The notes under the pieces are model-generated. The model was given only the letters and a program-made list of their open reading frames with translations, was not told where the DNA came from and made no database searches. From Paecilomyces variotii (Eukaryota), in the NCBI GenBank assembly GCA_004022145.1, contig RCNU01000003.1: 64,000 bases of DNA. One strand, given 5' to 3'. A program made the translations under genes and the position numbers. Below, piece after piece: positions 40,913-54,228 of this stretch. Within the stretch, counting starts at the first letter, position 1. Each line of letters starts with the position of its first letter.

Positions 40913-43900
40913 TTTTTCGGCGATACCAATTGCGTGATAGCGAATAAGAAAATAAAATCGAGATAATTTATGGACGTCCTATAGATAAATTTCGAATTAG
41001 AAAAGCAGCCAGAGTTCCAAGGCCTCGATATAAATTCTAAAAGTATCTCGCTAGGACATAGCTTCTAAGGGATAAGCTCAAGCTAAAAACCAGAAGCACA
41101 TGCTTTCCGTCGCATTCCACTCGCTTGGATCTGTAAGTACTTAGAGATCTCCACCGCGCGATAGAGTAAACTACCTCGGTTTTTTCCTCTCAGCGCCACA
41201 ATCATGGCCTCGTTCGGATAGATCCATTTTCCCGTCTCCGTGTGGATATTCTTGTCGCTTGTTTCGCTATTGGTTGTTTGTTTTATGCTCTGGATATTCC
41301 CCCATGGTCTATTCCTCTTTCGGTCTGATTTGATGGAGCCCCTTTTCCTGATCAGGAGAAGATTGAAGATTCTTCCTCGACAACAGATCGGTCAATGTAT
41401 CTTGAATTACACCGATGTGGAAGGCAATGTTGATCATCTGGGTTCTTTCAGCGGATATCAGATAGGAGGACATCAGATCTAGGTCGAATCAAAAAAGAGT
41501 TCTCCTTTCGGTCGACTGGCTTAAAGCCATCAAAAGATAGGTAATAACCGACGCAATTGTCCTCGGAGGTAGTCGTTCACTTCATAAGCAATGTTGGCAA
41601 TATTCAACTCGAGACAATATATAGACCAGGGCGGATTGGCATAGAACGGGATTGGTATCTGTTCTTTCATTCAGCTCGAGTACTCAGTATGATTCTTGCC
41701 GCTTGGTTTAATTTTGAACTTAACGGTACAAGAGCAGTTCTCTAGCGATGAGGAAGTTAACGTTGAAACTATCCAGCGCGAACAAGATATTTATCGGCCC
41801 TTAGGCACTGAAGTAGATAGCGTGCGTGGTTTCCTATATTGACTTGTCGAGAGTCGAGACAATCAATCTTGAAGAGAAGCTCGCTGAGCTTGAATTCTCG
41901 AGCAACTAGCTCAGCCTATTTATCTCTATGGGCAGAGCTAGAAAGGCGTGGCAGATACTCTACGGGAGGTCTGCCCGTAGACAGGCTCAGACAGACAACG
42001 ATTCGAAAGCAGCCACCTAGGACTCTCCCACTTTCGTGATTCCATGACAGACTACCACTCTGACACGCATCCACAACCGTCATATCATCATAGCAGACAT
42101 TGCCAGTCGAGGTTTTCTTCTTACTGCCGATCTCTGTTAAATTTGGTGATTTTCCAGAATCAATCATCTATCATGTCTCTTGAGATCAACATAGAGAATA
42201 CTGCCGTGAGTCTGACGGATAATCAATCCGGACAGACATTAGACAAGTCGGGTTATGATATATGAAAATTATTGACTGGGAAGCGTTCTCTTCAAGGATT
42301 CGCCATCAGAAGCTAGCGAAGCTAGATTTGCCGTGCTGAGAAACGAATTTCCAGCACAGAGAACATTTGGCTTGGTTCGATTATGAAATGCTGAACAAAA
42401 GGGCTCTTTAAGAGCGCAGAAAGTCAATAGCTATCATAGCATCATACCATAGACATCCACGGATTAAAGAAAAGATAGTTGAACAGAAAGAACAAGATAG
42501 AACTCTATAGCAAGCAAGCCACAATCCCGATAGAAGAGTTCAGAGCAGAAACAGAATCTTAACCACATCCTATACTGACAAAATCGCATGCAAATAAACA
42601 ATTATTTCCGCATGTTATCACCAGGTTAAAACCCCCATCTAGATAATAATCTATAAAAAGCCACAAGCAACAAACCAAATTCCATCTCCGCACCCCCCCC
42701 GCATAACGAGATATTACCCATATACCCATATGCAATAGTATCAACAACGTCCCGATTCGGAGAAATATCAAATATAGCTCCTGGAATTCACCCCTCCCCC
42801 AAGAGCAAGGAAACGATGCAATGATGCATATGAAGAAAGGCTCGTGACGCGTGGATCCGAGGAATTCTCGTTGAAAGTTACCTACTTACCTACCCTGTGG
42901 TGTTTCGATTGTTTACCTTTCTTTCTACCCGGGACTCGATTAGAATGGGGGCTAGAACTACGTCTGTCGATCTGTACTACAATCAGGTCATGTGGAATGG
43001 AATGTACGGAGTAGACTATCTAATCGCCATATGAAAGTTCCAGTTCACATGAGGATCGATTGTTATTATTGCTATTCTATTCCCCAGGGTTAGATAGATA
43101 TGTAGAATAGAATAGAAAAACAAAGCCTATTCAATAACGAATGCGAGAACGATGCGGGGTAAGTCGACTCTCCTCATCTTCTTTCTTTCTTTCCAGTTCT
43201 GTATGTATGTGAGGATCACATTGTGAAACAATAATATTCTGTACACTTTACACTATACCATACGAGGTAAGAGTATATCTGCATATTTTAAGCCAGGGCA
43301 ACAATTTATCACAATAAACTTCACATGCGGGGAAAAGCAAGAATACTATTGAGAACTAAACTAATTCCTAACATGGAATTATTATTATTCACAAGCTAGC
43401 TAGTTAACTAACTAGCATAGGTAGTAACAATCATGATAATTTTTACTCCGCAGTTGATATACCGTACTATCTAATCAGTGTCCCTGCCCCGCCCTGACTG
43501 ATTATTGACTCCTCCTCTATCCCGAACAATCTCCGTGAACTAAGTACAGTAGTTCTCCGCACGTCCGGAATCCCCGAACCTCGGAGTAGTCAATAATAAT
43601 GACTCAATAATACGGAGTATACGGAGTACTAACTACTACTACTGCAACTATCAGACAATTAGGAACTTACCTTAGATACCCCACGTTTTAACGATTTTCT
43701 AAATTTCTTGTCTCTGACCCGCTCTCACGCGTACTCCGTACACCCCGCAGCCACGTCATTTACCTACCTACCTACATTTACATTTACCATACTGGTACGT
43801 ACGGAGTAATACTCCAATGCCAATCAATCATGTCCAGCGGTCCAAGCTCGGGAACTTATCGGGGGAAATAGTTGAACTAGCGGTAGGGGTCGGGGTCGGG

Positions 43901-44242
43901 GTCGGGGTGTCGGGACCTCGTTGGACCCTGGTGGATGGGGAAGAGGTCCTAGATAGTCCTAGGATCATCTAGATCATCGGGTTGAAACTTGACGGGTTCA
44001 TATTATGTATTGCTCCCCCCGATCTAAGTACGTAGTTCCGTTTGTTTGTGGGGAAAGAAAGCACACCCCGCAGTTTAGTTTACTGTTTCAGAGAACAGAT
44101 CGATCGTACCGTACGGAGCTGTCGATATGCAATCTAATTTAGTCTCGTCTAGTCTAGTCTCGTCTACTCTAGTCTGTAGCTCACTCTAGAGTCTATCCTG
44201 ACGTGAAGATCCGGGGTTGGGTTGGGGTGATTCGAGTTCGTT

Positions 44243-44279
44243 GGAGCTGGAGCTTGAGCTGGAGCTTGAGCTTGAGCTC
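44243..44279. repeat. (GAGCTK)n hexamer microsatellite
   Basis: Tandem GAGCTG/GAGCTT units. Confidence 0.8.
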
Positions 44280-45290
44280 TGCGTTGTTATCGTATCGTAC
44301 AGACGTTGGGAAGGGAGCCTATGTATATATGTACATACAATTGTGATAAAACGACATGCATAGTCATGTACCATACAGCATGAATTATCAGAACAATAGA
44401 ATATTACCCATCCCTTATCATTTCCATTTCTAGATATACATAGATGCGTAGTGTAGTTCCAACCAGGTATGCATACCCAGTTCAACTTCCCCATGTCAAT
44501 CATCTAAGTACATACACACAACGTCAAACTTCAAAAATAGCAACCACATCAACATCTACACTTAATCTCCGCATGCGGGGTAAACAAAACAAAAAAAGCA
44601 ACCTTCCCCCCTGCTTCAAGAATAACTACTATGCTAATGTATTCCACGGGAAGAAGCGGAGGACCGTCCCGAGAATCTGGGGTTGACATGTCCGCGTCCG
44701 CCGAAACGGCACTTCCCGGCGATCGTCCTCGTCGCAGGATCCGAAACGGTCCGGTTCGGTGAGACGAGGGAGATTAGTGTCCGAGTTTGGGATGTGTTGT
44801 GTATAATCCGTATTCGTTTACTCTTTCTTGATAGATATCGATTGGGTAATGGGCACGAGAGCCAGCTCAGTACCATACAGTACACATCGTGGCTTCTGTT
44901 GACGTGATAGCTTGCTGTACGCTACGGATGGAATGATATTCTGCTCGTCATAATTGGTGTTTTCATTGTAGGCTTCTTTTTTCTACTGGCCGGTTCCTGA
45001 TCCAACGAACCAGGCCAGATCTAACCTAACCTAACCTAACCGTATACCATCTTTGCTACCCGCATCGAAAATGCGGTCGTGCTCCAACTGAAGACACGAG
45101 GGGGAAGTAAGGAAAATGGGGGTATTAACAATAGACGAAAGAGAAACGCGATGTTCGCGGTGACACGACCATCCGGGATGGAAAGAATGAACGATAAGCG
45201 AATGATAAACTCCCGGTTGCCATGCCGTAAAAGAGATGCAGAATCAACCAGACAGTGCATGCTGTATAGTATCGTATCGTAGAAAAGCAA

Positions 45291-47550
45291 CTAGAGCTTA
45301 GCATTCTCCTCGCTCACCGCATGGATGAATCCATTGGGTCGTCCGAGCGACGAGAGGAGGGAGCCCACCTCCCGCTCCAGGGACTGGACCTCGCCATGGG
45401 GTTGGTACATGCGGCCCTTGATCCAGGCATCCAGATCGGCGTCGCTCAGATCACGGATCCCCGTCTCCCGGTCGACCTTGGCTTCCTGTGCCGCCCGGAT
45501 CACCTGTCGGGCGACAACGACGCTCACATCGCGGATGCGGGTGAGATCGGGATACAACAAACCCATCTCGACTTCCTCCGCCGTCAGCGATTCGGCCACC
45601 GCCTTGCCCGAAGCGTAGATCATGCTGTCGGTGACTTCGACCGCCTTGGACAGGATGGTGCCCAGACCAATGCCAGGGAACACGTACATGTTGTTACCCT
45701 GGCCCGGATAGTGGGTTTTGGTCTCGCCGGCAGCGTTGGTGAAGGAGAAGGGCTGGAACGGGGAACCTGAGGCGAAGAGGACCCGGCCGTCCGTGTGAGT
45801 AACGGCACTCTCGAAAGTACATTCCGACTTGGAGGACGGGTTCGACAGCGGGAAGACGATGGGGTGGCTGTTCCAGGCGGCCATCTTGTTCAGGATCTCG
45901 GGAGTGAAGACGCCGCCCAGGGTCGACAGACCCATGAGGATAGTGGGCTTGACGTAGTCGATGGTCTCCTCGAGGGACTTGAACTGCTGGCCATTGTTGT
46001 CCTGCCGGGCAAAGTAGACTTTGTGGTCGGCCAGACGATCGCCGCGGTCCGCCGTGACCAGGCCCTTGGTGTCGACCAGGTAGAAGCAGGAACGGGCTTC
46101 ATCCTCCGTCATGCCTTCACGCATGAAGAACTCGACAATCTGGCGGGCCACACCGACCCCCGCACTGCCGGCACCCAGGAACACCGCGCGGTGCTCCTTG
46201 CACGGAAGCCCCGAGCGCTTGACAGCATTGATCACGCCGCCCAGAATGACCGCACCGGTACCCTGGATGTCATCGTTGAAGCAGGTGTACGTGTGGCGGT
46301 AGCGCTCCAACGCGGGGAAGGGATTCTTGAAGTCCTCGAACTGGATGACGATCCTATGGGTCTAGTTAATATGATAAATCTGAATATGATACCACTGGTG
46401 TCACCTACCCCGGCCATCTCTCCGTCAAGGCAGCCATCAGTTCATCGAGGAACTCCTGCTCCTGCTCCGGGGTCACCTTGTCCCGACGGCTGCCCATGTA
46501 GAGCGGGTCTTCCCGCAAGGTCTTGTTGCTGGTGCCGAGATCCAGCGTCAGGGGCAGGGTCGCCTCTGGCCGGATACCAGCACAGGCTGTGTAGAGGGCG
46601 AGCTTGCCAATGGGAATGCCCATGCCGTTGATTCCCAGATCACCCAGACCCAGAATGCGCGATCCGTCCGTGATACATGTGATCTCGACGTTCGATTGGG
46701 GCCAGTTGGCAATGACGGCAGCCAGGTTTCCGCGATCCTCGTAGCTGAGATACATGCCTGGCGAAGTCAGTTGGTTGGTCTGCCATTGTTTACTGATGGG
46801 ACGTGCAAGTCCTCTTACCCTCTGGTTGCTGGTAGATCTCCGACCATCGCTGGCAGGCTTCACCCACCACGGGCGTATAGATCAGGGGGGTCAATTCCTG
46901 TCTGCCATTAGCTTCGTCCGGAATCTATATGTGATGTAGGACGGACCTTGAGGTGATCCGTGACCAGACGGTAGAACAGGTGGACATTGTTTTTGCGGAT
47001 GGTGCTCAGGTAGATGAATTTCTCAATGGGGGTGCTCTTTAGCGCCAGCTGTGCCAGACCTGCCCGTTGCCATCAGCATTGCCCTAGTTATGAACAGACC
47101 AGAAACGAGAATGCATACATCTGGTCTTTTGCACCTCGTAGGACTCTGTGCGCGGCGGAGTCAGACCGTAGGTGCGCAGGTACTTGCGGATATAGGGAGG
47201 ATTCGCGGTATCAAAATTGCCGTCCCTGTTGAGATGAAGTCAGTATCTATCAGCAGAGGCATATTGTCTGATGGCCAGTGTTTGTTTGTTTCCACGTACA
47301 GAGGACCGGTCTGCGAGACGTGCGCTGGGGAATGAATCCCCTTGCGCTGCTGAAACTGGGACAAGGAATTGTGCGCCATGCTGGCTATCTGGGTAGAAGA
47401 AGGTCGAGTCCGGCTATGAGTCAGGGCAACTTGGGCACGAGACAGAGAGGAAGGTCTGGATATGGAATTGGACATGGACAATGACCTGGACATGGAGCTG
47501 GTCACCAGCGTTGCCGGGACGAGAGTTTTCTTATACGGATGGAACGACAT
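45291..47550 (-). CDS. maeA: Malic enzyme (probably NADP-dependent MaeA type), multi-exon
   Basis: IYTPVVGEACQ, TDGSRILGLGDLG, GIPIGKLALY, QFEDF, FNDDIQGTG, GAGSAG, PLSNP, GQGNNMYVFPGIGLG. Start codon uncertain; gene symbol is by recognition. Confidence 0.9.
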
Positions 47551-48180
47551 GGCCCCCTGACAGGCAATTGACCCGCGGCGATTTGCAACGCAGGATAACT
47601 AATTAATTGCAGCTGCCATGTGCCGGGCAGATCCATGAGAAAATGAAGTGAAATGATACGCGTTGCCCCCGTCGGGAAGAGTCGGGGAGTCCAGGGCGGC
47701 CGGTGGAGGAGAGAGAGTGGGACGGACAGCGCGATCCATCAGTTTACGGGGAATTCTTTGGCTTAGGTTAGGTAGTTGGTTGTGTTCGACTAACTACTGT
47801 GCTCGACCAGAGATGATTCATTTTTTTTTTTACTTTTGGAGCAGAAAGCTGAGCAGTAAGAGAGCATCCTGGCCAGTTACTATGATCGGATACAGTACTT
47901 TAGTGTCGCTGGTGGAGCCGGGGTTCACGAAAAGCAGCCGGTGGATCAAATGCGGAGGAAGAAGAGGAAGCAGAAGAAGAATGCATCGGATCGTGGTTCT
48001 GGTTTTTCTTGTTGGAGAACGGCTCTAGTTTGTTTAGTTAACTTACCCCATCCTTTTCCAGGAGGGCAAAAGTGGAGGACGAGATGGCAAACGCCTTTCT
48101 TTCCCAGCATTAATTTTTCGTTTTGGTTCACCGGTCATCCCGGTCCCGGCCGAGAAAGAAAACAGCCAGATTGATTCTTC

Positions 48181-48222
48181 TATATACTATACTACTATAC
48201 TATACTACTATACTATACTATA
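48181..48222. repeat. Imperfect (ATACT)n microsatellite
   Basis: tatatactatactactatactatactactatactatactata. Confidence 0.8.
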
Positions 48223-49741
48223 GTCCTATAATACGAATCCCCTCCATCCCGGTCATCTCGCGTGGCCCCGCGACTCAACGCTACCAGTGGAGTCTGGAGT
48301 GCCTCGTCGGGAACTAAGTGAATCCCACTAACCCAGCTGAAGCCAATGATCGCGGTGCCATGGGACGAGAAGAAGAAGAATAATCATAATCACGGATCTC
48401 CAGGGGTGTTCACGAGACCAACAACCATCCTCTAGTCCCACGATCGATCTATCCTACGGTATATCCATTGCCGTACGCTGATGCCGTCCCCGTCAGACAA
48501 GGAGAGAAAAAGGCAACCGATCCGAGAATGCAGTCAGCTAGGGGGTTTCATGTTGCCCATAATAATACTAGATAGACTACTTGTGTGCGATATTATTTTT
48601 TTCTAAATTCTGACAGATTCTGACAGATAGAATAGACGGCATCTTCCCGAACTCCCCGTCGGCTGTCTCTCTTGCTCTCCGAGACGGCGCGGACATCGAG
48701 CCGATGGGCTCGCCTCGATGGCCGGCTAAAGGACGCATTCATTCACCCGGTTCATCGCACAAGCAGTAATATTATTGTAATATTGTTAATTAACTTACTG
48801 TATCCCGAAGAATAATTAATAATTAATGTCTCAATTCCTGTCAGATATGTTTTCTTTTTTTTTCCCTGCTCCCGTATGATGACTGCCTAGCGATCGACGT
48901 TCTCTCCATCCCTTGTTTTCACGGGTCTTTTACGATGACTCACTTTGCTCGGATCTTCATAACTATTTATTTTGTTTTTCTTTTATTTTATTTTTGTGTG
49001 GATCCAGAGCAACAGGCTACAGTTATCCAGCTATGTAGTTCATAATAATCCAATAATCATGTATTCAGTAGTATTTTATCCGGCCGTCTACTCCGTATGT
49101 CTCTCGCGCGAGAGGTTGGGCATTAATTGATCTATTCTGGAGAAGCTCTAGAAGCCAGCCGGTGGCAGCGGATTACTCAGACGCCAGAGCTTGGGGAGTC
49201 TGGATGGCTCGAATCTCGATAAGCTCGATCCCTCACCCGCGGTCTGGTCTGGAGCTCTTGTCGGGGTGGATCATCCAGATCGACTAAAGGGAAGCTAACT
49301 CCAGCATTTCTCTCCTCGACTCCACGGAATTAAATTAAATCTCCTCTAGCTGTGGACGTGCTCTTTGACGCACGTGCCATTATTCAATTGAGATGAACAT
49401 GTTGGATATATTTTTCATAAATAACAGTGACTATTCGATATATCTAATAGTAAACTGGCAATGAAAGAGACGACCATCATAATGCATCAACGCAGCTCTC
49501 TCCATCCAACTGGAAGCATCCAGGCATTCATTCTTGGCGTGTTGCATCCCAGAAAACCGGTTGGTCGACGTCAACGTCATGCCATCCTCAGCAACTCTCC
49601 CGTCATTTGCAACGACCAGAACTTCTCTCCCAGGCCCCGATCAGAATCAATTAAATCCTCCAGCGTGTACTAGGGACTCTCTCGTCTGGCTGCAAAGTCA
49701 ATTGATTGATCGCCTTTGGTCTGTCCTGCTCGACAGCAGCC

Positions 49742-52058
49742 ATGTCGTCCTGTTTCGGCCGCCGCAAGTCCCCGCGGGGAGGTGATACCGAACCACTCCT
49801 CCCCCGCTACGAGGATGAGACCGTCCTCCAGCGTCGGGTTCATCAGAAGTTGCACTCCTATCAGATGCTCCGTGCCCTCGCGGAGGGTTATATGCCATCC
49901 ACCGAGCAGACCATCGCCAACCTCCGCACCCTGCTTGCCTCCGACGTCCTCAATCCCAACCCAGACGAGGTCAGTCCCGCCGGACGTCAACTGACCCGCG
50001 ACGCCAAGCTCGGTATCCGGACCTTCATCGAGCTGCTGCGGGACAAGAACAGTCAGGATCAGTTGCAGGACTTTCTCTGGCATCTTTCCAAGTCGCGCGC
50101 CCAGCTCGACACCGGCCGTCTGACCCATCAGGCCTCGCGGATCAAGCACCAGACAGATGTCAAAGCAGGTATGAGATATGAGGAGAGCGGAAACTCGAGA
50201 TGGGTTCTACGGGGAGCAAAGACTGACTAGCTCCGTGACAGCGTACGATAGCATTCGGACCGTTGGAGGCCTTCTGATGACCAATGCGGATTTCCGTCTG
50301 TTTGTGGACGACCTCGCTACCGTCGGACGCCAGATCTTTTCAGACACGGCCTTTTCTCTCGCGGATACCGCTCGAGAAGTCGGCAAGGAGGTCAAACCGT
50401 CACAAGCCGAATTGGAGACCGTCCAAGGCCCTGGCTCCGATGAGGCGCCACCACCCTCCACCGAGGAGATCCGCGCGGAGGCTACAGAGATTGCCAAACT
50501 CACCGGCAATGGGGTAGCGCAAACGGGAAAGACCGCCGTCAGAAGCGCAGAAGAGAATCTCTCGGGAGAGCGGCGGGAGACGCTGTTCTACCGCCTGAAG
50601 CAGGTCGTGGGGAACCTACGCCAACGGACAGATTACGCCGACTCCGTATCTACGATCTCGAAGCTGGTGCAGCAGTATGCCAAGCTCTACTCCGGAGCGG
50701 CAGAGAACACCGTGGAGGCGGTCCAAGAGGATGTAGAGCTGAATGAGGACGTTCGCGAGGCGGTGGAACGATTCTGGACCCTGGTCAGCTCCTTTGGCAA
50801 CCCGGATGACTGGAAGCGACTGCGGGAACAGTTCAACGCTCTATTGAGCCACACTCAGAAGGATCCAGAGTTCGAGAAGCTCATGTCTGAGATCGGATCA
50901 TCCTTGCAGGAGATGCTGACAGACCCTGGCTTTTTCGATTCGGCCGAGGAGAAGGTGGAAGAATTGAAGGAGAAGTCGAAGAGCATCGGTTCGGACACGG
51001 GCATCCGTCAGGATGTCGACGCTTTCCTGCAGCAGGCCAAGAGAACCCTCAAGAGTGTGGCAGACGATGAAGCGGTCGCAAAGTCCATTGCCGCGACGAA
51101 GAAGATCTACCACGATGTGTCGGACGCCTTCAACAGCAAAACAAGCATGCTGTCCTCCGATCTCGTCCATGTCTTTCTGCCGCTGCTGATCCGCAGTGTC
51201 CAGCGAATTCCCATCCCGAGACTCGAGATCTCGGTTCCTGAAATGGATCTGCTGGTCGAAAACCTAGTGCTCGAACCCGGCCGTACCGTCCGCAATTCGT
51301 CCTTCCTCCCGTTCAAATCGCATCTGAGCACCCGCAATGATATTGAACTGGTCAAGACGCATTCCAAGAGGACGACCACCAACATGAAGACCAACTTCAC
51401 TCTGTCGATCTTTGGTCTCAGCATGGCTGCGTCAGAGTTCGGATACTGGCTGCGTGCCCATTCCGGGCCTTTTCTCCGTCTGAAGGACGAGGGTATCGCA
51501 AGCTTCTACCTGGACGAGCGCGGTATCGACATCTCCGTCGATGTCGAAGTTGGTCGCGACCATCTGGAACATATCTTCACCCTGCGTGGTGTTCGCGTCC
51601 ACATCCACAAGCTGAACTACAACGTGCGCCGTAGTAAGTGGAGCTTCCTGCTCTGGCTTGTCAAGCCCTTCCTCAAGCAACTCGTGCGCCGCGTGCTGGA
51701 GAAGAAGATCGCAGAGCAGATCGTGACCGCGGCTCGCGCCCTCAACCGTGAGCTGGTCTTTGCTCGAGAGCGGCTCCGAGCTACCAGAATTGCGGACCCG
51801 CAGGATTTGGCTACCTTCATCAGAGCGGTCACGGCACGGCTGAAGCCAAGAGCGGACCCAGATGTATACACCCGAATTGGCGCGGATGCTCCAGACACTG
51901 GCGTTTTCCATGGTGTATACGCACCGGGCAGCATCGTCAAGCTGTGGCACGAAGAGGCCGAGCGAGCACACGACGCCGTGGAGCATGGAGATGCCAGTGG
52001 TGGGTTGGGTATGACATGGCGGAACGATATTTTTGACGTTACAGGCACTCCAGCATGA
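49742..52058 (+). CDS. Conserved fungal protein, DUF4449/DUF5923-like (BPI-like lipid-binding fold suspected)
   Basis: ATG 49742, one intron ~50168-50241, long GC3-rich ORF. Motifs GYMPSTEQ..ANLR and RIPIPRLEISVPEMDLLVENL. Confidence 0.75.
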
Positions 52059-52311
52059 TGGCCTGATGCCGGGATGACACTTATGACGGTCTTTACCTTG
52101 ATGACGCATACGCTCCTTCTGGACTCTTCACGACGTTCTTCTCCTCTGTTCTTCTCATTTCTGTTTTTTCCTGAGGGCGTAAATTGCAAATATCGTACAT
52201 TAATCTCGATAGGATTCAATTTTATACCAGCACCTAATTTAACCTGTGCACAGTCATATCATAATTGCAACGACATACGAAACATCCTCTCAATCTCATA
52301 TAATCAACGCC

Positions 52312-52590
52312 CTACGGCGTCTCCTCAACCTTATAGACCAACTTTACTCCAGACACCTTATTCTCCCTCATAAGCTGCAACCCCTCCAACACGCCCTTCA
52401 ACCCGTCCTTCCCAACCTTAGCCGGATGCGGCTTCACCTTCCCGGAGGAGAGGGGTTGCGCGACGGTCAGGCTGTTGTTGGTGTATTCTCGGATTTTCCT
52501 GCCAGCGTCTAGGTCGTGGTAGTCAAAGTTTTTTAGGTGAGCAGGGGTTGTTATGGGTATCCCCTCCGGCCGAAATTCAGGTTCATGGTA
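52312..52590 (-). pseudogene. Orphan 3' fragment of a ToxD/LovC-like zinc-binding oxidoreductase (MDR family)
   Basis: Minus frame ends ...[46 protein letters not shown]. No upstream exons visible. Confidence 0.7.
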
Positions 52591-52748
52591 CCTAGTTACT
52601 GCTCATTTTATTATGGTATCGCCCATCGGGTGTTATCCCCTCTACTTAATCATTGCAAAAAATGGGCATATATTTTTATGTATGTATGTGCATACAAGCA
52701 CCCATATCATAAAGTATCAGATAGGTACCTAGCTAACGCCCCAACTGA

Positions 52749-52775
52749 AAAAAAAAAAAAAAAAAAAAAAAAAAA
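52749..52775. repeat. Poly-A tract (~27 nt)
   Basis: Homopolymer run seen directly. Confidence 0.85.
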
Positions 52776-52895
52776 CATATTCTGTCTATTCTTACATCTC
52801 GCACCAATACCCCTTTATGCGCAGTATGTTCATTCAAAATTAAGTTACTCACTACAGTACCCAGACCAGATTAACTACTACGTACTGTACAACCC

Positions 52896-53721
52896 CTAAC
52901 CTCGACCATGTGGATACGCAACCATACACAAATACCACATAATATTAATCGCATCCATCCCCACCTTCTCCGCCTGCTGGACATTAAACATATCACACAA
53001 CTTCGTCGCATTCCCAAAGAACACATTAAACGTCATCTGCAACCACAACATGGCATTATACAGCTGCAACGAATCAGCCACCGTCTTGTTGTCCAGCGGG
53101 ATCTGACTGGTAGGGATATCTGTGCAGATGACTTGTTTCAGTTTATCGTAGTTGAGACCGAGACCTTCGATGGGGTTCATTTTGAAATTGTTGTTGTTGC
53201 AGAGATAGTTGCGTTGGTTTTCGGCGGTTAGGGACCCGGCGACTTGGATGCCGAAGACGACGTTCGAGATGGCGCGGTATGTCTCGAGGGGAGTGGGAGA
53301 GGAGGAGGAGTTTTTGTTGTTGTTGGTGGAGGAGTTGGAATCGGAACGTGGGAAAAGGGTGTGAGCTATTATTGTTGATATTTTGATTTTAAGTATGGGG
53401 TGGGGTGGTTAACTGACTTTGATGATGGTGATCACTATCGTCTTCTTCGTCTAATTCATCGTCCCTTGGAAATAGTAGCAATCCAGCAGGAAGGTCAAAG
53501 GTGTCTGCAAACTTCAGAGCCAGATCCCAAGAGCCATCTATCTGCTGGATTGGAATGCTCTCCTGGCCCATTTCATTGGTTCTAATCCTCACAGTTCCTC
53601 CTGTAGAAGTAGAATCATGATGTAGGGCGTCTTCTGGCGTGCTGGTGGCGATATGGAAGACTGTATAACTGCTTGCTATTAGTAGAGCTATCACTATAGC
53701 TGTCGAATAGAATAAAACCAT
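52896..53721 (-). CDS. Small secreted protein with signal peptide and duplicated Cys motif
   Basis: Hydrophobic N-terminus MVLFYSTAIVIALLIASS. A 52-nt intron 53417-53366 (GTCAGT...TAG) joins the two ORF-track fragments in frame. Confidence 0.65.
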
Positions 53722-54228
53722 GTTTGTTCTTGCGTAGAGATTTCTCTGCCTAGAAGACTCCTTTATTTGATGAACAATGCAGGAACCTGTAACTCATGGC
53801 AATAATGATAGGGAAGCAGCCTGATGCTAAAACATGATTGACTCCGCACAGAATCAATCATCGTTCCCATTCACTTTACGGAGAATTCCGTCTTCTGTAT
53901 AAGATTACCCAGGCGCGAACATAGCTACACTGAGTATAGAATGGTTTGATTTAATCTAATCTATCGCAGTCGCAGATCCTGCTTCTATGTCGCAGCTAAT
54001 AGTACACTCTACTCAAACTGATCTCAAGCTTCGCATCATGCTTCCCCTTGCCCACGCCATTCACCTCCCGCCGTCAATCATAATTTATGAACATCAAAAT
54101 CGAATCACGTATCTGCTGCCACTCCCGCTCCTGATGCGCTAACCACTTAAAGCCAACTCGGTATCTGATGGGGAATATTAAAACAAAACAAGATCTTACA
54201 GTAAGTAGGTGTGAGAAAAGCAAAGATA

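Noticed and set aside
41200..42450. Broken coding-like scraps (e.g. minus-strand IPIPFYANPPWSIYCLELN)
   Set aside because: Multiple stops and no recognisable family; cannot support a call.
29500..42600. Starship giant transposon cargo
   Set aside because: No tyrosine-recombinase captain or verifiable termini in the window; retained only as a check under the junction finding.
45021..45041. (CTAAC)4 as telomere repeat or telomerase template
   Set aside because: Pentamer rather than CCCTAA; an ordinary microsatellite.
52749..52775. Poly-A as a retrocopy tail for the ToxD fragment
   Set aside because: Wrong end and orientation relative to the minus-strand fragment; no TSD seen.
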